Shown here: positions 1-12,791 of the stretch, piece after piece | Position numbering within the stretch: the stretch's first letter is position 1 | How the letters are laid out: each line of letters begins with the position of its first letter | NCBI RefSeq assembly: GCF_006345805.1 | Contig: NC_042999.1 | Location: 102,052,001-102,116,000 of the forward strand | DNA: 64,000 bases | Origin: Octopus sinensis | Taxonomy: Eukaryota | Direction: 5' to 3' | Made by a program: the position numbers and the translations under genes | The notes under the pieces: generated by a model | Database searches by the model: none | What the model saw: the letters and a program-made list of their open reading frames with translations, nothing else | What the model was told of the DNA's origin: nothing

Positions 1-136
1 GTGTGAAAAACAAAATAGGGATTTTGAAAGAAGCTTCTATATAACTAATTTTTAAACATCGAATGGTTATTGGGTATCCTCCAGAATAAAATAGTAATCA
101 AAGGGGTCCATAGATGAAAAATGGTTGAGAACCCTT
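1..136. mobile_element. Right end of hAT-like MITE (same family as 50315-50570), cut by window edge
   Basis: tttaaacatcgaat...aatcaaaggggtccatag...tggttgagaacc matches the right arm of the complete copy at 50480-50570. Confidence 0.7.
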
Positions 137-368
137 AGTCTAATACATTCATTCCATAATGAACAATTCTGATTAGCTGCGGTTGTGGTTGTCTTTGTTA
201 CTATTTAGTCCGCAGGTTAGCCTAAACTGACCATATGAACAGAGTTACATGGAAGTATGGAATACATATACCCACCAAACAACCCTTCCACATAAAATAG
301 AAATGAAGGCCTCACTTGTATATTAAAGTGTCATGTTCACCCACCATGTGATGGCATGTTTATACACA

Positions 369-414
<46 letters not shown>

Positions 415-623
415 AACAAACTTATTCATATACCCAGAACCTCATAAGTTGTTTTGATTTAAACAAGAGCCACATCACTTTGGAACTGGCTCGAATTCTG
501 CAAAAGAAAACTTAAACAAATCCCAAACACACACACACAATCATCATCATCATCTAGTAGAGGAGTTAGACTTGCTGAAGCCCTAAACTATATAAAATTT
601 GGAGGCCCATTGTCATAAATACT

Positions 624-1059
624 GGTTTCAAATTTTGGTGCAAGAGGAAGGGAGTTAAGTCGATTACATCAACTCCAGTGCTTGACTGGTACTTATTTTA
701 TCAACCCCGAAAGGGATGAAAGGCAAAGTGGTTCTCGGCACAATTTGAACTCAGAACGTAAAGGCGGACGAAATGCTGCTAAGCATTTTGCTTGGCGTGC
801 CAACGATTTTACAAGCTCGCCGCCTTACCTTATCATAAATATTGGTTTCAAATTTTGGCACAAGCCCAGCATGTTCGGGGAAGGAGGTAAATCGATTGTA
901 TCGAACCCCAGTACTCGACTGCTACATATTTTATCGACCTCAGTAGGATGAAAGATAAAGTCGATCTCGGCGGAATTTGAACTCAGATAGTAAAGACGGA
1001 CGAAATGCTGCTGAGCATTTTTCCCGGCGTGCAAACGATTCTGCTACCTTGCCGCCTTA
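624..1059 (-). mobile_element. Two tandem copies of tRNA-derived SINE family B (624-827, 841-1059)
   Basis: Reverse complement of aaggcggcgagc...gttagcacgcc...ttctgagttcaaatt...tttcatcctttcggggt... ending in ccttgtgccaaaatttgaaacc; same sequence recurs more than 15 times in the window. Confidence 0.85.
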
Positions 1060-1289
1060 CTCTCATCACAAATATTGAAAGCATATATAATTTATAATTG
1101 TCATGAGGATTATAAAGCTCCAAAAATCCGGCACAGATTAAATCTAAAACGAAGACAAAATAGTAGTAATCTGTTGCGCTAGCAGTTCCTGAATTAATTT
1201 TTTTTTTGCAACGTGGCCCGGGGCACCAGGCATATAACAAAATATAATAAAGTGCATAATATATAGAGATCTCATGTACTTATGGTGTA

Positions 1290-1666
1290 GGCGTGGCTGT
1301 GTGGTAAGAAGCCTGTTTCTCAACCACATGATTCCGAGTTTGGGCCCACTGCGTAGCACCTTAGGCAAGTGTCTTTTGCTATAGCTTCGGGCCGACCAAA
1401 GCCTTGTGAGTGGATATGATAGATGGAAACTGAAGAAGCCCATCCTATATACATGTGTATGTGTCTTTGTATCTGTGTTTGTGTACCCCCACCCACCCAT
1501 CATCGTTTGACAACTGGTGTTGGCATGTTTACGTCTCCGTAACATAGTGGTTCGGCAAAAATCACGAGGTTTAAGAAATAATTTTTAGGGCGATTTGTTC
1601 GACTAAAACCCCTTCAAGGTGGTGCTCCAGCATAGCCGTAGTCAAATGACTGAAACAAGTAAAAGA
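1290..1666 (+). mobile_element. Full-length SINE family A (tRNA head, central microsatellite, 3' tail)
   Basis: A-box-like ggcgtggctgtgtggtaag, degenerate B box, accttaggcaagtgtc core, (TG/TA) spacer, tail gtcaaatgactgaaacaagtaaaaga shared with about 9 other copies. Confidence 0.85.
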
Positions 1667-1809
1667 GTATATAATAGATGTATAATGCGAAAACACGCTG
1701 CAACTTGCGATAGTCAATAATATAGAAATAAAAATTGAAATCTATTCTTTCTGTGCAGCCCGGTGGCTGGAGGCCTTTTAAGTTAGACTGAAAATGGACA
1801 AGACATGAC

Positions 1810-2130
1810 ACAGCATCTGGTACTGTGGGTCCAGCTCGGGAGTTCAGGAGTTACCACTACTCTCAGGGTTACACTGGCCCGAGTAAATGGCTCCTGTTAA
1901 GGGTCCCAGTTATGAGTTAAAATCCTGTGGCTAAGGTGTACTAGGAGGACTGCTAATAGGTCATGCTCTGATGTCATGTGAATCAGTCTTCCTACCTGGG
2001 GATTAAACAGGCCCTGTGCTTCAACGATAAGCTCGAGGGAGCACAAGATTAGTAGAATTAAACCGATAGAGGGCAACAGAAAATCACTCCTGTATCTTTC
2101 CCCACCAAAAAAATCATGAATTTTCAAGCT
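1810..2130 (+). mobile_element. Possible RTE-clade 5' UTR-like fragment
   Basis: GC-richer block containing gggcaacagaaaatcactcctgtatctttccc, resembling the GGCAATGGCAAACCACTCCAGTAT motif of RTE/BovB-related elements (recognition only). Confidence 0.35.
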
Positions 2131-3322
2131 TTGACGTCAGTATAGATATGGCACATGTAGGCAGGGGGAGAGACAGACGGACAGAGATGAGGAGAAGAGG
2201 AGAGAGAGAGAGGGAGAGAGAGAGAAACTTTTATGAGTCCAAATTCTGCTTGAGCCGACTTCCCCTTACATTCCTCACCTTGTTACAAGTACCTGGAAAT
2301 CGTTTTAATTGACTATATAATCCCACCCTAAGCATACCGACCAGGTTACTCGTCTGAAGATAATTAATCTATGATTCGTGTATCCCTTAACACACACCGC
2401 AGACCTTCGGAATCTCAGCAAAAGGATATGAGTAGTCATTCTTCCTCTGAGTCAACCATAAAATGGAAAGGAAAAAAGTGTTAAGGAAAAAAAAAATTAA
2501 ATTTAGACATTTAGTGCTTTGTCCCAGTGTAAGATATGAATATAAAATTTGTAGCACCGTTAGATCCATGATCTAACCAAAGTAAATTACAATCAAATGG
2601 TATGATATTGGATCTCGTTGCATCACCACATAAAGATTTTTCTCTGATAAAAAAAAATCAGCAATACGGGATCATTTTATTGTGTTTGAGGCACGAGTGT
2701 GTGAGTGTGTATGTGGTGCGTGTCTATGTGTGTGGTGTGGTGGTGGTGGTGGTGGTGGTAGTAGTGTGTGTATTTGTGTATTTGTGTGATGCATATATGA
2801 GATGCATGTGTGTGTGATGTGCAGTGTGTGTGTGTAAAAGAGAACTATGTAACGTGCTTGCGTTTGCTTTTCTCTACCATCTCTTGTTTTTTTAAATTTA
2901 TTTATACACTTTCACTATTCTTGTTCTCTGCTTTGTGCACCGATTTTTTCTCTTCTATCTTTCCCATTGCATAAATTTCTATCTCTTCCTTGCAAAATAT
3001 GATTACACACACACCACACACACACACACCACACACACACACACACCAACGCACTCGCACATCATATTAGAGAAACGTCTCGCACACTTTGTTGGCGTAG
3101 GGTTAACCCAGAACAAATACAGTTCCAATCACAACATTCCATCTGGAAAGATTTCTTTACGAGCCCATTAGAACGCTTCTATTTGGTGGCCGTTTTCCGA
3201 ACGAAGAAAGAAACAACCGCCATTTTAGATCTCAGCTGAAGACTAAACGTTAAGCAAACATTAAAACTGGATGTGTGTGTGTACGTACACATATACACAC
3301 ACGCACACACACACACACAAAC

Positions 3323-3365
<43 letters not shown>

Positions 3366-4429
3366 TAATGCATACATAGATTATATATAAGCAATAATGC
3401 AACAGGCGTGTAATGAATGGTAATGGTTGATGTTAAAAGATTAATAGCAAATAGTCGCTTAGTGCAACAAATGGCAACATTGTGATATAACTGAAACATA
3501 GTGGTACCATTCAGGAGAAATGATAAAGAAAAGAAAAAGAAACAAAAACAAAATGAAGCAATTACATTCTTTACCGTACAATATGTTAGAGAAGATTCAG
3601 TGCTTTGTATGGTTGAACTCAAAGTACACTACAGTATAGATAAACGTTGGTAGCCTCTAAGCTGTCGCTTGAACGATTATAAGCATCAACCAAATTTCCC
3701 TCAAATTATATACCTCCACCATCTAACATAAAGAAAATGTAATAGACAATATAATCCTAGATATAGAAAAAAAAACTGGATGGTCACAAATGGAATGCGT
3801 TTGATCATACCTTTGCTCGATCAGAACTGACTTGGGGTTAAATAACAGCGTCGGCGATGTATTAGAGGTAAAGAGAGCGTGGATGACCACGTTCATAAGG
3901 TACCGGGAAACTAACCAAGAGGACAACAATCGTCGTAGTGCTGTGTCCGTGGTCAAGACAAATCGGCCAGTCCACATAGGCGAAGAACAGATACTGCCAT
4001 GAATCGACGAGTTCATTCGACCTTCAAGAAATAGCAGTTAAATCTCCACTAACCCTTTAGTACTAAGATTCCTCCTAGTTTTGAAAAGAGAATGGCACAC
4101 GAATAAGGTAGCCCTAGATACTCAATGCCTGAGTGAATGACGTAGTAGTCATGGTTGGAATGTATGTGGTCATAGTTCTACCCAGTTGCAGTTGATTTGG
4201 AACTGAAAAACAACAGCAGCACTGCTGCATAGAAAATAATCATATCGCCATTATGTAGAGGCAGCAATGTTGTTTGACCCTAGGTCAGCCCTGGTTGAGT
4301 TGATCAAACTATTCCAACCGTGATCATCTCGGCCTTTTGTTTTCCTGACGTATTCTGACTAGGACAACAAATATCAAAATACTACCCCCATCGTCTTAAA
4401 AATCGTTAAACAGATGGGATCAACTAATA

Positions 4430-4680
4430 AAAAAATAATAAATGCGCTCTTTTAAAGCCTAGCCAGACTCACGGGCCCGGTTTCCATGGCGTATGTGTTC
4501 CCCAGCTGGACGGGACGCCAGTCCATCGCAGCGTCACTCATTTTTGCCAGCTGAGTGGACTGGAGCAACGTGAAATGAAAAGCTTTGCCTAAGAACACAA
4601 CGGGTCGCTCGATACAGGAATCGAAACCACAATCTTACGATCATGGTGCTGACACCCTAACCACTAAGCCACGCGCCTCT
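4430..4680 (-). mobile_element. SINE family C, full length, with perfect 20-bp TSD
   Basis: Minus strand starts gaggcgcgtggcttagtggttaggg (A box), B box gtttcgattcc, core ttgctccagtccactcagctggcaaaaatgag; flanked by acagatgggatcaactaata at 4410-4429 and 4681-4700. Confidence 0.92.
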
Positions 4681-5706
4681 ACAGATGGGATCAACTAATA
4701 CTGAATATAATATGCCAATAAAGACAGGACGGCCACGGCTAGAATGCCTGTTAAACATTGTCCCCTCGACATAAGGTATGGTTCTCACAATACATGTAAA
4801 TGCTATCAGAGAACGACACTAGCTACAAATATTCATCAAGAAGACTCCAAAACATCTACAGATGTGTCTTAAATCTCCAAAACACATAATTCTACGAAAG
4901 AAAACCCAACATTTTTGGATTATTATTTATAAATAACACAGAAGAATACACTATTCATAAAAAAAAATAATACGGACATCAACAACAGCAATAAAAAAGA
5001 AAACAGGGAATATCTTTCCAAAGCTTACACAGAATATATCTAAAAATAAACGTTTCCCACACAAATACAAACTTTGTGAAAATGTAAAAATTCTCCAGTG
5101 CAACATTAGCGCTACTAAAAACAGCTTTAAGGACCCAAAAAATTTTATCATCATATATAACATATTTCCATAGCAATAACTCAGAAAATATCATTACTAC
5201 GAGAATACTGAACATTCAGCATTCAAAATTATACTCAAATCAGACTGGACATATCCATAGCACAAGGCGAATAATCTTGTTTGATGACAAAAATAAACCA
5301 TGCATTCTATAAACAGATATCACAAATGACATTTTGTAAAGTAAAAGGAAATGACACTTGACGAAAATTGCAGGCTTTAAAAATAAAAATTAGCAGCATG
5401 AAACACGCACACACACAACTTATATATCACTATCGAACTGATCAACCTTCCCATGGCGTTACACTCCTGACCTACAACACATTCACAAAAATCATAATTA
5501 AAAGAGACTTCGACGCACTTAAAATCATTGTGGTTTTCAAATAGTACAGACAACAAACCAGGTAAATTAATTGTATTATAGCTAAAGTACCTTTGCTTCA
5601 TAAACAATTCACCTTAACAAGCCAACTACAACAATTGTTCACCAACACATTCGCACTTTTTCGAATTTTAGGAAAGCACAATACAATGGGTTTCATGAAG
5701 TAACAG

Positions 5707-6339
5707 GGATCTTTACCTTTTGACCTACAGATTTAAAAAATAATTTTTTGTAACTAAACATTTCAAACTTCGGGCACTGGTAGAATGTGTCATATAAAAC
5801 ATCTTTTACTCTTAGCATTTTTGAGAAAAACCTGTATTTACAAAATTATTTCACGTTAAAGTTCTCGTATTTCGGTAATTTCAACCAATCAGTGACGCGT
5901 ATTCAGCTAAATAAAATTACTGGTGTTGTTTGTCAACAAGAACTTCCGGCGGTGTATATTTCGTTTGTCACTGTTATTTACGACAACCCTAACCCTAAAA
6001 CCCTAACCCTAATCCTAAAACCGTAACCCTAAAACCTTAAAACCAGTACAAACGCACGATGTCATAAATAACAGTGACAAACGAAAAAACCACAGCCGAT
6101 AGTTGTTATTGACAAACAACGGCAGTAATTTTATTCAGCTGAATACACGTCATTGATTGGTTGAAATTACCGAAATACGAGAACTTTAACGTGAAATAAC
6201 TTCGTAAATATAAGTTTTTCTCAAAAATGCTAAGAGTAAAAATTGTTTTATATGACACATTCTACTAGTGTTCGAAGTTTGAAAGTGTTTAGTTACAAAA
6301 AATTATTTTTTAAATCTGTAGGTCAAAAGGTAAAGATCC
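5707..6339. mobile_element. Foldback MITE (family D), ~280-bp inverted arms, 8-bp TSD, CCCTAA-like core
   Basis: Starts ggatctttacc, ends ggtaaagatcc; arms complementary along their length; agtaacag at 5699-5706 and 6340-6347; ccctaa/ccctaaaa repeats at about 5985-6044. Confidence 0.92.
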
Positions 6340-6414
6340 AGTAACAGAATCAAGATTTTCAGTATTCAACAGCACTACACTCTGGTTAATCCATATTACA
6401 CGGTAAGTAGGATT

Positions 6415-6568
6415 GTTCATTTTTACCAGCTGAGTGAACTAGAGCAACAGGAAGTTAAGTGTTTTGCTCAAGAGAGCACAACGCATCACCCAGTCCAGGA
6501 ATCGAAATCATAATCTTATAATTAATCATGAATCCAACAGCCTAACCACTAAGCCATACGCGCCTCCA
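6415..6568 (-). mobile_element. SINE family C, head and core only
   Basis: ccagctgagtgaactagagcaac...aggaatcgaaatc...cctaaccactaagccatacgcgcctcc matches the 4430-4680 head. Confidence 0.8.
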
Positions 6569-6614
6569 CTACAGAACATAAATTCAGTAATATAATTATA
6601 GATGCATCCCAAAA

Positions 6615-7250
6615 ACATATCCTACAAGTCAACATAGACACACAGCACCAATGATATACCAGAAATAGTCAAACTCATAAAAAACAAAGACAACCTCAAA
6701 CACAATACACCAAAACTGCAGACAACCGAAATAGAACTCGGCATCAACAATTAAACAAGAAATAACAAAAATAATAAACTACAGAGAAACAGAAAATTGG
6801 CGAGCATTTGTATTCAACATAAACCATAAAACTAACAATAAAATGCTATTGAGAGTAATTAACACATCAGCAGTAACAACGGCTACATCACAAGGTTGCA
6901 ATAACAGTCTCAAGTAATATATCCACAAGAAAACGCCCATATTAGATATTTAACAAAAAAAATCAACCACAAAAATCCTCATAAAGAAAACGGGAACTTA
7001 AAAGGGAAAATATGCACTTTCTATCTGGATCATGATTTTGGGCCCTTTCCTTTCATTAGACACTCAAAAGCAATAGGGAAATATGTAAAAAAATCTCATA
7101 AGCCCAATAAAATCACAAACATCCAACTGAAACACCTACAACCTGCATCTATTAACATCTACAATTATATGCACCAACACAATCAAATTTTCCGAACCTG
7201 ATTGTTAGGACAAATTATAACACTTCTAAAATTCAACAAACCATCCAAGT
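6615..7250 (+). pseudogene. Highly decayed AP-endonuclease LINE fragment (tentative; similar debris at about 5210-5310)
   Basis: A/C-rich coding-like strand; ILQVNI at about 6619 and IQNYTQIRLD at about 5221 resemble APE N-terminal motifs; many stops. Confidence 0.3.
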
Positions 7251-9619
7251 GAACTAATATCATAGTGCGCCCATCTTACATTCACTGAAGTTTTATCTTC
7301 AAACAATGAATTATTCTCGGAAAGGAAGGGTTATGTAATCTAATTGAGTTTATTTCTTTAAATATATTCAGTTAAGTTGTTATAACTGTTATGTCTTTCA
7401 GTTTTAACACTGATGTACTTTGGATATTTGAAGAAGTAAACAAAGATGTTTTTGATTTTCTTTTATGGTATTACAGTTTGTTTTTTTATATCCTTTTACT
7501 GAAAAGCGACCTCTTTTAAAAACTTCGTGTTTTGTCTTATACTTAATTGTTTGTAACTTCGTTAATAAATTATATAAAACCTCATAACGGCATTGCAGAC
7601 TTCAAACCCAAACATTAACTGGTTAGGGTGTTAAAAAGTTGCCTGGTGATGCACACTGGCCATGGATGTTGTATGCATTAGATCAACATCAGTAATATAT
7701 ACATAAGATTATCCTTAGATTGGGAGAAAAAGTGGAAAAGGTTTCTTAAAAAAAATATGTTGTGTAATAGTGGGAGGGTGTGTCAGGTATTGTGGAAAAA
7801 ATACATGATAAAACAAATAAAGAGGAATTCGTGGAATAAGTCAATGTTAGAATGCTTAATCGGGAACTGGTTTATATATTCAAGATCTTAACAAGTACTT
7901 GTGAAAGTAGTAACATTTAGTAAAATATTCCGATCTTGTTTAGATAACCGGAATTGTTGACGTTATTCAACTTTTTTTTTTTTCATTAGCTGTACTGAAA
8001 CATGCAACTTGTGTATAGCTGAGAAAAGTTTAGTTTTGAATAACATCAACAATTCTGGAAATTATCTTATCACAAGATCTGAAATATATTTTTGCAAAAT
8101 TCTGCAACTTCTACAAGTTGTTAATATGAAAGTCAATACCAAATGGTACTCTGTTGTTTTCACAAAACCTCTTTCAAGACGGTGCCCCGATATGGTTGCA
8201 GTTCAATGACTGAAACTAGTAAAAGATAAACGATTACGGTCGAATTTGATTTAGAAGGGATACCAAAGCAGTGATTCGTCAAGTAGAAAATGTTTCGTCA
8301 TGGGTATGTTAAAGTTATTTGACAGAAAAACATAAATTTTGAGAGTAAAGACGAAATCCTTAACAAGAAACAGTAACACAAAATATAGGCATACCTCTCC
8401 TTACGTCTGTAATTGGTTCCAAGACGTGATTTAACTTTAAAAAACCACGTAAAACGAAAATACATAATAAAAAATCTATTAGCTTATATCTATTACAATA
8501 AATGGTTTGCACATATTTGATTTTTGACAACAGTAACGTTTTTAGGGGGGGGGGGTTGTATTTTTAAATATGTTCAGTGAGAGCGACATAAAGAAGGATA
8601 AATCGACTGACCTTCAAGTTTATTTTTCCATTAATTTCTTAAAAGAAAAATCGACGCAAAGTCGAAAAGACTTAACTAGAAATGACATAAGCTGAGGTAT
8701 GCTTGTAGTAGCTGAATGGTTGCAGTGCTTGCAGATGTATTCCGTTTCGTGAGGTAGCTGCAGAGATGCCAGAAAACCGTTAAAAAAAAAACGTAAAAAA
8801 GTAATTATAAAAATTTAGAAAACCCCAGACATTTGTTACTTAGCATCAATGCTACTTGCTACCACTGAAAAAAGAGCGATGCTATCAGTAGATGTCGAAA
8901 TCGTTGTGATCTCTAGTCGACAGCTGATGATGGAATGCCCTGCAATACAAGCTATATAAAAATAATACATTCAGTAACTGATTAATTCACACAAACACAC
9001 ACACACAAGCAAAATGCATTTTCATTTCTGTGCATTCTTTAAAGTGAGTGTATTATTCCTACAATCAGTACAAGAAGCAATCAGATTTTTCATCTCACTC
9101 CTCCTCACCACACAAAATAGATCAATTGCTTCATTTTCGTCTGTATACATTTCTTCTTATTAAATATCATTGCTATGACAATGAGTCAATCGATTAATAC
9201 ACATCACAATTCAAGATATATACATATATATATATATGTGTGTGTGTATATATATAAAATGTATGTATGTACGTATGTACATGCTTATACATATTCATAC
9301 ATATGTATGCACAAATATATATGTGTGTGTATACATACATGTATGAGTGTGTATATATGCATATATACAATAGTGTATGCACGCGCACGCAAACACACAC
9401 ACACACACACACACATACGTATGTATTTATGAGATGAAAGCTAATTTCTGCTGTTTTCTCCGAAAAGCGCTACACGATCTTAATGTTTATCAATTTTATC
9501 TGTATATGTTTAGCCTTGTCACACCGTCTGCTTTTTCTATTTATCGCTTCTTTGATGTAACGTTTTTTTTTTTCACAATAAAATTTAGTTATATACTCTG
9601 TTATTTGTGAAATCTGACT

Positions 9620-10180
9620 TCCGCCATCACTCTCTTCACACAGTCACACATACATTTCTATATTTCTTTCAAATTTTTACTCACAATTTATTTTAACCCT
9701 CTCCTTATCAGTTTTCTCTATATCATTCTATATTACTCTTTTTCTCCTTTATTTATTCTATTTCCATTCTGTCTTTCCTTTTACTCTCTTCCGCCATTTT
9801 ATCCCTCACTCCTCCTTCCTTTCTTTTACATTCTCTTACCCAATTATGTCTTTCTCTTTCTCTCATTTACGTAGATTTTCGCCGCTATTTCATCTGTATA
9901 TTATCCTCTTTCTTTATTTAATCTCTCTCGCCATTCTACTTCTTACTTCCATTATTTCCTCATTTCTGTTCCTCTTTCATTAACTTTATTCTGTCCAAAT
10001 TCCGTTTTTCTTTTTTTTCCCCCCTTCTTTAACTCATTCTCTTTTCTCTCTGCTGTTTCTTTTCCTATTCAACCTTTCTCAATTTTTGTCTTTCCTATAC
10101 TTATCCCCTCCCCTTCGAGCATTGCTTTTCATATTCTCCTACTCACTCATTTTTAATCTTCATTTTCTATATCTTTATTT
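9620..10180. repeat. Long polypyrimidine (CT-rich) low-complexity tract
   Basis: About 560 bp strongly C/T-biased on the plus strand. Confidence 0.8.
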
Positions 10181-10538
10181 TTAAATATATATATTTTTAA
10201 TGTTTTCCTAATATTGATTACATTAATGTTATTATTATTATAAAAATTTTAAAGATTTTATGCTATTTTATTATCTTCATATATTTTTTAATCTGATCCC
10301 GATGTTAAAAGTATGATTTGTCACCAAAAAATTCCGATAAATCAAACGCAAATTTCTCATTATGAAACGTAAAAAAAAAATCATAGCACGAACTGTCAAC
10401 TTTATTTTTACGAAGCTTGCATAGGATTTAGTTCCCACCCATGCACACATGTGTGTATTACATATATATACACATACATATATAGGTATGTGTATATACA
10501 TACGCATATATAGGTGAGTAGGAGTGTGTGTATGTATG

Positions 10539-10580
<42 letters not shown>

Positions 10581-10583
10581 TGT

Positions 10584-10591
10584 AGGTGATT

Positions 10592-10669
<78 letters not shown>
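10584..10669. repeat. (CA)n microsatellite next to (TA)n
   Basis: Directly visible; source of the CVCV/HTHT ORFs. Confidence 0.95.
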
Positions 10670-10671
<2 letters not shown>

Positions 10672-11339
10672 ATATGTCATCTTCAAACATCTGAGAGTAG
10701 GGAACAAAGTGTGTGAAGGAAGAATAAATAGACATCAAGAGAAAAGTTTCATAAAATGAACAGAAACATTAAAACTTAGAAATATCAATATGACGGAAGC
10801 TGTCTGCAGTACAGCTCGCGTCCACACACCCGCGCGCGCACACGTACATATACATACACACACAGATACGTGGCTTGCATTTATATGTATGTATATAGTT
10901 GTGTTTGTATATGAGAGAGGAGAGAGATTAAAGGAAAACCAGCGCAATGATTTTTTTTTTATAATATATATGTTCAATTTTATTTTTAAATAAACGGATA
11001 ATAATTCCTGGTAGAATCAGTAGAACATAGGTCGTAATTCCCTGCGTTGCTTAGTTTGTTGTTGTTGTTGTTTTTTAAGTTCAAATCCCGCCGCAACCGA
11101 CTTGAATTTTGATCCTTCTAGGATCAATGAAGCAAAATGTCTTGTGGTTGTGTTTAGTCCGAGGTGGGCCCTTCATGTTCTGAAATCCATCAGATATTGA
11201 AAAATTCAACTTTCCATCATTCTAATGACTATAAAATAAACCAACAACCAAAACAAACAGACCATTTAATTGATAGATCGGTAAAATGGTTAAGCACGTC
11301 GGAAAAAGTACCCATCCATCATTTCTTCTCCACTTGCTA

Positions 11340-11660
11340 TACCTGGGTGGGTCGTTGGAATGGAGTCCTCAGACACCTCCTCCATAGGATCCTATTGGAA
11401 GTCAATACACTTCCGGATGTGTTTTCAAGCATGACCAATATGTTCTTAGTCTACCCCTAGGTTTCCTGCCGGCTGGATCGGCTTGATGAATCCGTCTTTC
11501 GATTCTTTCCAGCGGCTTTCTAATCATATCTCTGTAGAACTGGAGCTGTAACCTCTCTATGCGAAAAAGTAGCGGCTCGACATGAAAAGGCTCTCTGCTC
11601 TCTGAGCTACGCACTCTGTCGACGAACGTTACTCAAGAAACCCTTCGGAGTCGCGACTTT
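11340..11660 (-). pseudogene. RTE-clade LINE, C-terminal RT/3' fragment
   Basis: ORF 11402-11614 RSSESREPFHVEPLLFRIERLQLQFYRDMIRKP...PAGRKPRGRLRTYW matches the RTE/Rex3-type C-terminal pattern (VEPLLL.IER.QLRW.GH...RPRGRP.T.W). Confidence 0.85.
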
Positions 11661-12560
11661 TTATGTGCTCGTGAGTTCAAATTCTCTCGAGGTTGACTTT
11701 GCTTTTCATCCTTCTGGTGTTGGAATCGATTTCATATTCCTAGAAAGCATCCCATATGTTAATAAAATACATCTAAGTTTAAGCTTTATACATCGCCTCT
11801 AAATTTGTGGTCTTGTACAGTAAATCACTGTTATTATCTCCGAGTGCTCCTACTGAAAACATGGACACCTTGGAAATTTACGTCGCTTTCCATAATTTTT
11901 TCCGTTCAAGACATTTTTCGGGAAAAGTGTTTTTAAAACTGTCAGTGATAGTCGTAATTATTTCCCTCCCTTCGGCAAGTGAAGAAATACATTTTATGAA
12001 AAATGTAAACAACTTTAAGTTTGAAGAGTAAGGGGTGATGGGAGGCAGCCATGACAGTTAAGGTAGCGGTAACACTAAAGCTGTTGTCTGTCTTGAAACT
12101 TTTGCTTGCTAAAGTGAGAAAGAGTCTCTAACTGAAGTTTTTTGGAAGTGTTAACTTTATCAACACCAGTAATATGATGATAGAACTGGGGCGAAAAATG
12201 AAACTGTTATAGACAACAAAACCGCCATCACCACCAACAAAAACAACACCTACAACTGTTGTGACATCATGAATAATAATAATAATAATAATGCATTACA
12301 AAGTGGAAATGATAAAAATGTAAATATCGACAAGACCAACATCAAAAGGCTGAGAATGTCAGCGAAACGCCGAACCAAAGATAGTACCGCTACCACTACT
12401 ATCATTACCGTCATAAACAAGAACTAGAAATCAAAACAATAACAGAAACACCAATGACAGCGGCAGAAAAAAAAACTACAAAATAATGGATAAAATATAA
12501 AAAGTAATAACAAAAACAACAAATATAGTTTATTTACAAGAGCTACCACTTCCTGAACAT

Positions 12561-12751
12561 GTGTGTGTGTGTGTGTGTGTCCAGTATCGCTTGACAACCG
12601 ATGCTGGTGTATTTACGTCTCCGTAACTTAGCGGTTCGGCAAAAGGGATAGATAAGTACTAGGCTTATAAAGAATAAGTCCTGGGGTCGATTTGCTCGAC
12701 TAAAGGCGGTGCTCCGGCATGGCCGCAGTCAAATGACTGAAACAAGTAAAA

Positions 12752-12753
<2 letters not shown>
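12561..12753 (+). mobile_element. SINE family A, 3' half
   Basis: (GT)n then cgcttgacaaccgatgctggtg...ggccgcagtcaaatgactgaaacaagtaaaaga. Confidence 0.88.

Positions 12754-12791
<38 letters not shown>

Noticed and set aside
1290-1360. tRNA-like A/B boxes here and in other SINE heads
   Set aside because: Cannot fold into a cloverleaf and always continue into SINE bodies; not tRNA genes.
3060-3240. Minus-strand KRSNGLVKK stretch faintly like a MADS box, and an AAAATGGCGG motif
   Set aside because: In-frame stop immediately upstream and no further MADS residues; similarity is at chance level.
8386-8830. Possible pogo/Tigger-like MITE starting ataggcatacctc
   Set aside because: No matching right TIR could be identified.
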